A DNA stretch of 64,000 bases. Origin: a bacterium. GTDB taxonomy: Bacteria > SZUA-182 > DTGQ01 > JAFGSM01. The notes beneath the pieces were generated by a model. That model worked only from the letters and a program-made list of their open reading frames with translations, searched no databases and was not told where the DNA came from. The translations under genes were made by a program, and so were the position numbers. The DNA lies in NCBI GenBank assembly GCA_049472335.1, contig JBLIRO010000021.1, forward strand, positions 1,766-65,765. Reading direction: 5' to 3'. Positions 9,770-16,824 of this stretch are shown here, piece by piece; position 1 is the first letter of the stretch; each line of letters begins with the position of its first letter.

Positions 9770-11627
9770 GGGAATAAGAAAATTTTCCTTTTATGCAAGA
9801 TGTCTGATCTTTACAATTACCTTAACGGTATTTTGGATTAATCATAATCTAGCATTGGCACAGGAAGAAGATATTCCCTATTACGAATTAGATTCCTTGG
9901 TTATAACTGCCAGCGGTATTCCCGCATACCTTTCAGAGATTGCGCAATCCGTAACTGTAATCACCCGGGAAGAAATCGATACCCTCCCTGCAAAAAGTAT
10001 CCCGGACCTTTTGGAATATGTCAGCAGTGTGGACATACGCCAGCGCGGGATGAGCGGCATTCAGGCAGACCTGGGAATACGCGGAAGCACCTTTGAGCAA
10101 ACATTGGTCTTAGTGGACGGCATAAATATGAGCGATCCCCAGACCGGGCACCACAATATGGATTTGCCGGTTAACCTGGAAGATGTCGAGCGAATCGAGA
10201 TTGTAAAAGGACCCGGGGCAAGGCTATACAGCCATAATGCCATGGCAGGGGTCATTAATATTATTACACGTGAGACAGAGGATAATACCGCAGGCGGACG
10301 TATAAAGTACGGGCAGTATGATTATTACGGTATTGGTGCTTATGGTGCAATAAAAACCGGTGATTTATCCAACCGTCTTTCACTCTCAAGGGCTTCATCA
10401 GAGGGACACCTGGAGGGAAAAACCGATTTCGATATCAACACGTTATTTTACAGGGGACTAATCAGAGGTGAGAGACAAAAATTTCGAATTGGTATTGGAT
10501 ACACAGATAAAGACTTTGGGGCCTATAAATTTTATAGCGATGTTTACCCAGATGAGCGGGAATCAACAGATACATTATTAGCTTATTGCAGCGCCCATTT
10601 ACAGGTTTCAGGTTTAGAGATTATGCCAAAACTCTTTTGGCGGCAACATAATGACGACTTCAGAATCCAGATAAAGGACAATTGGCTCAGGAACACTCAC
10701 AGGAAAGACACCCTTGGGACAGAATTTAATTCCCAGTTTACGTCCGGATTGGGGACAACAGCCGTTGGATTCGAGATCGTTCACGAGGCGGTGGAAAGCT
10801 CTAACCTGGGTGATCACGACCGTGAGAGGAACGGCGTCTTTTTGGAACATTCATGCAAGCCTTTTAAACGGTTGACCATTGGCCTGGGTTCATCGGCAAT
10901 GAAATACAGCGGCCGGGATTGGGAATACTGGCCGAATGCCGGACTAAATATGCTGCTAACGGACAGATTGAATTGGTTTGTATCTTTAGCGAGATCTTTT
11001 CGCGTTCCCACATATACCGAATTATATTATAAAGATCCGGCAAATCAGGGCAACCCCGATCTGAGGCCGGAGAAATCTTGGACCTATGAAACCGGGATTC
11101 GCTGGCGCAGGGAAGCATTCTACACTGATTTCAGCTTATTTTTGCGTAATTCAAAGGATTTGATTGACTGGTCCCGCGTAGGCCCTCCTGACCCCTGGAA
11201 GGCCCGTAACATTTCAAAAATCATTACCCAGGGATTCGAAGTGAGTACATGCTTTGATCCGGGTATATATTGGGATAACACATTCGTTAAGACCTTAGAA
11301 ATTTCTTACACATACTTAGACTCAGACATGGATACGTATGGGCTTGAGTCAAAATACGTCCTGGATTGCCTGAAAAACCAGATCCATGGTTCCGTCATCC
11401 TGGACTGGTCCGGAAATATTAATCAAACGGTTAAGGCACGTTATGAAAGACGAATGACCGGGGACGGGCATTTCATTGTTGATTCACAGTTAACCTATGG
11501 GTGGTCGGGATACGAATTTTTTCTGGAGGCCACAAATATATTCGACGAAAATTATATTGATTCAGGTTTTTCACCCGCTCCAGGATTCTGGATGATAGGA
11601 GGCATAAAGTTTAATAAGGACTTTTAA
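9705..11627 (+). CDS. TonB-dependent outer-membrane receptor
   Basis: 640 aa. Plug domain (DSLVITASG, VTVITREEI, GIRGS, VLVDGI, IEIVKGPG), a long beta-barrel and a terminal aromatic residue (KFNKDF). The annotated start overlaps the GNAT gene by 65 nt, so the true start is probably a later Met (e.g. 9726). Confidence 0.85.
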   Translation: MDSKKGLMKTPGQGCFFLNLTEGIRKFSFYARCLIFTITLTVFWINHNLALAQEEDIPYYELDSLVITASGIPAYLSEIAQSVTVITREEIDTLPAKSIPDLLEYVSSVDIRQRGMSGIQADLGIRGSTFEQTLVLVDGINMSDPQTGHHNMDLPVNLEDVERIEIVKGPGARLYSHNAMAGVINIITRETEDNTAGGRIKYGQYDYYGIGAYGAIKTGDLSNRLSLSRASSEGHLEGKTDFDINTLFYRGLIRGERQKFRIGIGYTDKDFGAYKFYSDVYPDERESTDTLLAYCSAHLQVSGLEIMPKLFWRQHNDDFRIQIKDNWLRNTHRKDTLGTEFNSQFTSGLGTTAVGFEIVHEAVESSNLGDHDRERNGVFLEHSCKPFKRLTIGLGSSAMKYSGRDWEYWPNAGLNMLLTDRLNWFVSLARSFRVPTYTELYYKDPANQGNPDLRPEKSWTYETGIRWRREAFYTDFSLFLRNSKDLIDWSRVGPPDPWKARNISKIITQGFEVSTCFDPGIYWDNTFVKTLEISYTYLDSDMDTYGLESKYVLDCLKNQIHGSVILDWSGNINQTVKARYERRMTGDGHFIVDSQLTYGWSGYEFFLEATNIFDENYIDSGFSPAPGFWMIGGIKFNKDF

Positions 11628-12012
11628 AAATTAATCAATAAGTTTCGCATAATTATCCACGATCCTTCACCGTCAATGGAAGATAAAAACCGTTAATATT
11701 CAGCCATCTGGAATTCTATTCAGAGCCGTAATCATTAATAAATATTTTCGCCTATTTTATAGATTATTTAAGTTAAACGGAAATTAATTTATTTATTAAC
11801 CCGGATGTATGATTTGGGTTAAAGGCTGATTTTATTTTTTTCTTCGGTTTCTTTTATCTTTGTTCTTTTCATTCTATTTTCGAGAAACTGCTCTTAGAAA
11901 GGATTGGCCAAAACAGGGCAGTGGAGATTTGTGAGTGGAAAAAGGGTTCAAAACAGACATTCTCTTTAATATCCACTAATGAAACAATAGGTAAATACTT
12001 TCATCCCATTTC

Positions 12013-12723
12013 ATGGTTTGGTTCTTTAAAAAGGAGCAAAATATGTCTTTTACCAATGAACATGAATCAGAAAATGATGAAAGCAGTATTCTAGTTGTCG
12101 ATTTCCAGCCGATTGTTCGTCTGGGTCTTATTCAACTTATCAACAATAGCAGAGGTCTTAAGGTCTGCGGTGAAGCAGAAAATGCTCATGAAGCCCTGGA
12201 ACTTATTAAAGTACTGAAACCTGACATGGCTATTGTTGACATTTCTATTAAAGGTGTCGGCGGTATCGAACTTATCGAAACGATAAAGCTGCAGTATCCC
12301 AATTTTCCCATACTGGTCTTTTCCATGCTGGATGAATCTTTTTATGCGGAACGGGTCCTTAAAGCGGGCGCCATTGGTTATCTCATGAAGCATGAGGCAT
12401 TAAAAAACATAATAAACGCAATCCGCTGTGTTCTGCTTAAAGAGATCTTCGTGAGTGAAAAGATATCAGCAAATATCATGTATAGGGCCTTATATAACAA
12501 ATCCAATGGTTATTCTTTTCCTATGCAGCTTCTCAGCAACCGTGAACTGGAGGTCTTTCGTTTAATCGGCCAGGGCTATAAGACCAGACGAATAGCAGAG
12601 AAGCTGAACATAAGCACAAGAACAGTTGAAGCTTATCGTATGCATATCAAAGATAAATTGAATCTAAATTCAGGGGAGGATTTACTCCGTCAAGCCATTA
12701 AATGGATAAAAAACGAGAGATGA
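12013..12723 (+). CDS. NarL/LuxR-family response regulator (REC + LuxR-type HTH)
   Basis: 236 aa. REC domain (VVDFQP, phospho-acceptor MAIVDISIKG, SMLDE, GYLMK). C-terminal LSNRELEVFRLIGQGYKTRRIAEKLNISTRTVEAYRMHI. No histidine kinase nearby. Confidence 0.85.
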   Translation: MVWFFKKEQNMSFTNEHESENDESSILVVDFQPIVRLGLIQLINNSRGLKVCGEAENAHEALELIKVLKPDMAIVDISIKGVGGIELIETIKLQYPNFPILVFSMLDESFYAERVLKAGAIGYLMKHEALKNIINAIRCVLLKEIFVSEKISANIMYRALYNKSNGYSFPMQLLSNRELEVFRLIGQGYKTRRIAEKLNISTRTVEAYRMHIKDKLNLNSGEDLLRQAIKWIKNER

Positions 12724-12911
12724 TTTCAGTATTCTTTTATTCATTTTTTTACTCATAAAGAAGATATTCTTTATTATTCAGCCTGCATAACCGGCCTTCA
12801 GTCATAACGCCCCCTATTTATCTTCCTTGTTCCGGATTTATAATGATCGCTTGGGTTTATTCATTAGGAATCTAAAAAAAACATATTTCAGAAATAAATC
12901 TACATAAAAAG

Positions 12912-12946
12912 CGGAAGGTAAAAACTAGATTTTTTACGTCTATTAA
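12912..12946 (+). promoter_or_regulatory. conserved upstream element, copy 1 (CGGAAGGTAAAAACTAGATTTTTTACGTCTATTAA)
   Basis: Near-identical to 14274-14309. It lies 165 nt upstream of the ATG at 13111. GAAGG-N17/18-CGTCTA resembles ECF-sigma -35/-10 geometry. Confidence 0.35.
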
Positions 12947-13056
12947 ATAAGAAGGGCGGATCAGACACCATGGATAATAAAAACATAAGTGGGGGAGTAA
13001 AATCTAATAAGAAAAGTATCCTTTAAATTTTGAAGGATTTAGTCTAAAAAATCAAT

Positions 13057-13096
13057 ATGGGGCAGGAAGATTACAGATGGGGCAGGAAGATCATAG
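13057..13096 (+). repeat. 20-bp tandem duplication (ATGGGGCAGGAAGATTACAG / ATGGGGCAGGAAGATCATAG) abutting the RBS of 13111
   Basis: Read directly; 18/20 identical. Confidence 0.85.
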
Positions 13097-13110
13097 AAAG
13101 GAGGTGAATT

Positions 13111-13908
13111 ATGAAACGTTTTAAAAAAAGGTATTTTTGGGGATTATTTGGTGCTATAGTTTTAATAGGGTTCTTATTCATTGTAAATTTTTGCTTTGTA
13201 CAAGAATTGACTATTATTCCTAAAGCAAATGCACAAGCATTTCAATATAATTGGGGCGGCGTTGGTACCGGAGGATCTCATGAATTAGCCGGTTATTTCC
13301 CAAGTGATTTAAAGGAAACCATAACTACTTGTAGCGGAGGATGTACAGAAACCGCCTCCACCTGTGCGTGGGACTGTGGCGCCACTTTCTCTCAATGCGG
13401 ATCAGGAAGCGGACAAAGATCCGGAGCCGGGCTATTGGGCGGAAGCTATACTTTCGGCATTTGTTCCACTTCCACAACTTGTGGCAACAGCTTATTTGGC
13501 AGTTGTATGAGCGGAAGCTATACTTTCGGAGTTTGCCTAAGGACTGAGATTCCCACATCGAATACCTGCAGCAGCGGCATCTTCTGTGGCGGAGGCGGCA
13601 ATATCACATTACTGACCTGCGGAAGCAGTCCATATAGCAGTTGTGGCATTGGTAGCTATACATACAGCACCTGCAATGTCGGTTGTGGTTATATAATCCC
13701 TACAACCAAGACCTGCAATTGTAGAAAGGAACCAAAATGGCAATGGGGTTCGGAATATACTAACAGTATTTGTCCTATAGCTACTGGTACAACTTGTGAT
13801 GGATATTGCGCATTACCGATTCCGGGAGTTATTTTATATGATTACACCGGAATTAACGATTATACCAACATGTCCAATTATACAGTTTCTACCCCACCCG
13901 CATTTTAA
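13111..13908 (+). CDS. secreted Cys/Gly/Ser/Thr-rich repeat protein (GSYTFGxC repeats), function unknown
   Basis: 265 aa. Strong RBS AAGGAGG. Signal/anchor peptide ending ANA-QAFQYNW. 20 Cys in the mature part. Repeated GSYTFGIC / GSYTFGVC / GSYTYSTC units with near-identical DNA at about 13441 and 13513. Confidence 0.7.
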   Translation: MKRFKKRYFWGLFGAIVLIGFLFIVNFCFVQELTIIPKANAQAFQYNWGGVGTGGSHELAGYFPSDLKETITTCSGGCTETASTCAWDCGATFSQCGSGSGQRSGAGLLGGSYTFGICSTSTTCGNSLFGSCMSGSYTFGVCLRTEIPTSNTCSSGIFCGGGGNITLLTCGSSPYSSCGIGSYTYSTCNVGCGYIIPTTKTCNCRKEPKWQWGSEYTNSICPIATGTTCDGYCALPIPGVILYDYTGINDYTNMSNYTVSTPPAF

Positions 13909-13967
13909 TATAGATGATAATAGCAATCACTAAAATCTTCTCAAAAATACCGGAATAATATTTCTGG

Positions 13968-14007
13968 GGGCCTTTGAAAGCTAATAGGCTTTTAAGGCCC
14001 TTTTATT
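13968..14007 (+). terminator. rho-independent terminator candidate
   Basis: GGGCCTT (13968-13974) pairs with AAGGCCC (13994-14000) and is followed by TTTTATT. The loop is long (19 nt). Confidence 0.45.
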
Positions 14008-14273
14008 ATTCCTAATCTTGATATATGAAGATATTCCTACCCGAGACTCTTTTTATTCTTTCAATAGAAGGGATATAGTAAAAATCACTATGCGGAATAT
14101 AGTAGTTTCCATTATTGTCAAGTGTAATTTTAAGAGTTATTATTATAACAAATAACATTTTTGTATTTTTTTATTCGATATCGGGATGCCAGAAACATTT
14201 GCAGCAACTTCTCAATATCCTGGTGGGATCTTGAGAAGCTTAATCACAACAAGGTAAGATTTTTATAAACGTA

Positions 14274-14309
14274 CCGAAGGGAAAAATCAAAATTTTTTAC
14301 GTCTATTAA
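14274..14309 (+). promoter_or_regulatory. conserved upstream element, copy 2 (CCGAAGGGAAAAATCAAAATTTTTTACGTCTATTAA)
   Basis: Shares the TTTTTTACGTCTATTAA core and the GAAGG box with 12912-12946. It lies 74 nt upstream of the ATG at 14383. Confidence 0.35.
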
Positions 14310-14382
14310 GACAGGCGAGGGAAATTAGGTATAGGGACTAACCGTATTTTAAAGCCTTAATAATAATAAATCCTGATGCGTC

Positions 14383-15996
14383 ATGTTAAAACTTATACCA
14401 AATAAGCTTTTATGTTCTAAATGGGCCCATCTGTCTATTATTATATCTTTAATATTTTTATTGACATCTTCATTTACTTCGGCTGTTGATAATCAAATCC
14501 AATATCCAACAATAAATCTTCCTGGATTGTTTAAACCATCGGGCTTTCCATATCAACCGCCCTTTTTTTCTTATACAAATTATACCTTCGATCCCATACG
14601 ATCCTCATTAAATTCTTCTTTTAAATTGGAAAGCAATTATTCCATACCCTTTTCACAGTTCGGCATTAGTAATTATTCTTTTCAGTTTCTACCAAACCGG
14701 ACTTCTGGTAGTATTTCCTCCTCTCTTTTTGAGAGTCTCACTTTCTCATATAAAAATCCCCTTAATTTATTTAACTACCAGCCTTCGTTTACACAATTTC
14801 CAAATAACACAAATTTCAATATACCTTATGTAGGATCATTAATGCCCAATATGGGATATATGCCACATGTTTTTCCCAGTGATAAATTTATATATAGTTA
14901 TTATCCTGGAGATATTTATGGTCAAAAGACACCTGCCCATCTGACGACGAGCCTTCCGCAAAAGCCTGGTGAAATCATCGGTACCATAGGAATAATAACT
15001 GATATACATTATTCCGACAAAGATTCCACTGACAGGCGTTCTCAATTTTCATTAAGTGGTCCCCGTTTTTACAGTGAAGCCGCTAACGACCTGGCCGATT
15101 TTGTCGACAAGATGAATTCTATGGGAGTTGATGCAATAATTGAGCTGGGCGATTTCATAGATATCCATTCAGGAAATTCCGCAGAAGAAGGCAACACCAA
15201 CACGCATGACGACGGGGCCCACGGAGAGGCAATATTATTCGAGGCAGAATCTATTTACTCAAAACTTGTCATGCCGTATTATCACGTTATTGGCAACTGG
15301 GATATGTATGATTATGATTTTGCCACTGCTGATGAATGGTTCCGCCACATTATCAATGGCACTCCCGAAACCATCGTAAGCCTTGGGGGAAAACTTTATA
15401 CCGATGCAATTGGTAATCCTGTAAGCAGGTATTACGCATTTAAATTTGGTGAAGTTCTGGGTATAGCGTTGGATTCTTCCGGCACTAATGCCTTAAGAGA
15501 CAACTATTTGATGCATACCACAGGGATAAACGGAACGGGTTTTGTCCCCGGGAAGCAGCTTGACTGGCTTGAAGATGTGCTGGCGGACAATAGAGATGGC
15601 GAAAACATGCCCGTTATAGTATTTATTCATCCTTTTTTATATCCGGAATTCATGGGGAATAATTATTATATGTGCAGAAATTACCTGGATGTTCGAGATA
15701 TTCTTGAAGCCGATGATAATGTGCTGGCTGTATTTAACGGTCATCATCATCCCGGTGCGGATGGTTGGTGGGAGGATACTCAAGATAATCCCGATTCTAA
15801 TGTTTATCATGCAGCCACCGGTGTATTTGGCGAAAAACACAAGGGTATCAAATACTATAATCTGAGAGGATCAATTATCGGATGGGGTTCCGATTCCTCA
15901 GGCCCAATTGAAGAGCCTTCAAATGTTTATTATGTTTTGACAGTGGAGAGAGGAGAGTCGATTTCCATTAAGGTTGAGACTTTTAGTACCAATTAA
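14383..15996 (+). CDS. secreted calcineurin-like metallophosphoesterase with N-terminal aromatic/Pro/Asn-rich low-complexity region
   Basis: 537 aa. Signal peptide. Low-complexity region at about residues 35-175. Phosphoesterase motifs DIHYSD, GDFID, GNWD, FIHP and GHHH. Confidence 0.8.
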   Translation: MLKLIPNKLLCSKWAHLSIIISLIFLLTSSFTSAVDNQIQYPTINLPGLFKPSGFPYQPPFFSYTNYTFDPIRSSLNSSFKLESNYSIPFSQFGISNYSFQFLPNRTSGSISSSLFESLTFSYKNPLNLFNYQPSFTQFPNNTNFNIPYVGSLMPNMGYMPHVFPSDKFIYSYYPGDIYGQKTPAHLTTSLPQKPGEIIGTIGIITDIHYSDKDSTDRRSQFSLSGPRFYSEAANDLADFVDKMNSMGVDAIIELGDFIDIHSGNSAEEGNTNTHDDGAHGEAILFEAESIYSKLVMPYYHVIGNWDMYDYDFATADEWFRHIINGTPETIVSLGGKLYTDAIGNPVSRYYAFKFGEVLGIALDSSGTNALRDNYLMHTTGINGTGFVPGKQLDWLEDVLADNRDGENMPVIVFIHPFLYPEFMGNNYYMCRNYLDVRDILEADDNVLAVFNGHHHPGADGWWEDTQDNPDSNVYHAATGVFGEKHKGIKYYNLRGSIIGWGSDSSGPIEEPSNVYYVLTVERGESISIKVETFSTN

Positions 15997-16235
15997 ATTC
16001 TACATAATCAATTTCTAATAATCAATTGCAAAAAGTGTTTGTATTCTACTAATATCTCTTCTTGCCTAACAATAAGATATTATCTTGTATTTTATTGATA
16101 TACTTTAAAATCAAAGAAAAATCTTTATGTTCTATTAGTTGTTTTTTAACAAAATCATATCTCATTAATTTCAAATCAATAACTACAAAATCCCTAACAC
16201 CTTTATTTTCATAATCTTATAACCTCTCTTAATTT

Positions 16236-16251
16236 TGGTATGTCCTTTGCT
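16236..16251 (+). promoter_or_regulatory. sigma54-type -24/-12 promoter candidate (TGGTATG-tcct-TTGCT)
   Basis: GG at 16237-16238 and GC at 16249-16250, with the canonical spacing of TGGCACG-N4-TTGCW. About 270 nt upstream of the small-peptide ATG. rpoN is encoded in this window. Confidence 0.45.
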
Positions 16252-16520
16252 CTATAAATTAGCATAAAGATTAACCCCTGGGGAATGTGTAGAATTTCCG
16301 TTCGACATGGCTTCGGATCACAACTGAGACCTTATAACTGCATCCGTTATGTCGTCTGTTGAATCTGCACAAGTTACTTTAATCCGTAACCTTTAAAATA
16401 ATCAGGAGGGAAACATTATAAAGTAACATCTTAAAGACACGGTACCATTTAAAACAGATCTGATATTTTTTGTTGATATTTTTATCATCCAAAGATTACC
16501 TTAAGAAGGAGGGAAATATT

Positions 16521-16721
16521 ATGCAATATTTGAATGTGTCTCAACCCGCATATGCCACATATTATTATGATGACGGAAACTGGTGTGGGAATAGTTTTGA
16601 TTTCTGTAACAGAATTGGTTACGGCTCAGGATTCAATGTTGGCTTTGGTACTGGTACGGGCAATAACGTCCTTTGTGTTACACCTTTGGAATACGGGGAA
16701 ATCGGAAGAGCTGTTCTGTAG
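16521..16721 (+). CDS. 66-aa Gly/Tyr/Asn/Cys-containing peptide, candidate RiPP precursor
   Basis: The ATG at 16521 lies 7 nt after a strong RBS (AAGGAGGG). Sequence: MQYLNVSQPAYATYYYDDGNWCGNSFDFCNRIGYGSGFNVGFGTGTGNNVLCVTPLEYGEIGRAVL. No signal peptide. It sits immediately upstream of YcaO. The ORF track starts it at an upstream TTG (16470). Confidence 0.6.
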   Translation: MQYLNVSQPAYATYYYDDGNWCGNSFDFCNRIGYGSGFNVGFGTGTGNNVLCVTPLEYGEIGRAVL

Positions 16722-16732
16722 TACCTTACAGT

Positions 16733-16767
16733 TGGGATGGGTATGCCCAAAAGGCATGCCCATCCTA
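16733..16767 (+). terminator. strong stem-loop between the peptide gene and ycaO (attenuator or processing hairpin)
   Basis: GGATGGGTATGCC (16735-16747), loop CAAAA, then GGCATGCCCATCC (16753-16765). This gives 13 bp with one G-U pair. There is no clean U-tract after it. Confidence 0.55.
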
Positions 16768-16824
16768 TTCCCCTTTAGGAGCCAAAACAAAAGTAAAGGA
16801 TAAGAGAAAAGGAGATGGAAAAAG

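Noticed and set aside
13325-13558. Minus-strand (13325-13558) and alternative plus-frame (13341-13547) ORFs inside the Cys-rich gene
   Set aside because: They are produced by the internal DNA repeats. The main frame has an RBS, a signal peptide and repeat logic.
16534-16803. 89-aa alternative-frame ORF overlapping the candidate precursor
   Set aside because: It has no RBS, and it reads through the strong hairpin at 16733-16767. The 16521 frame has a near-perfect RBS and stops before the hairpin. Conservation data could still reverse this choice.
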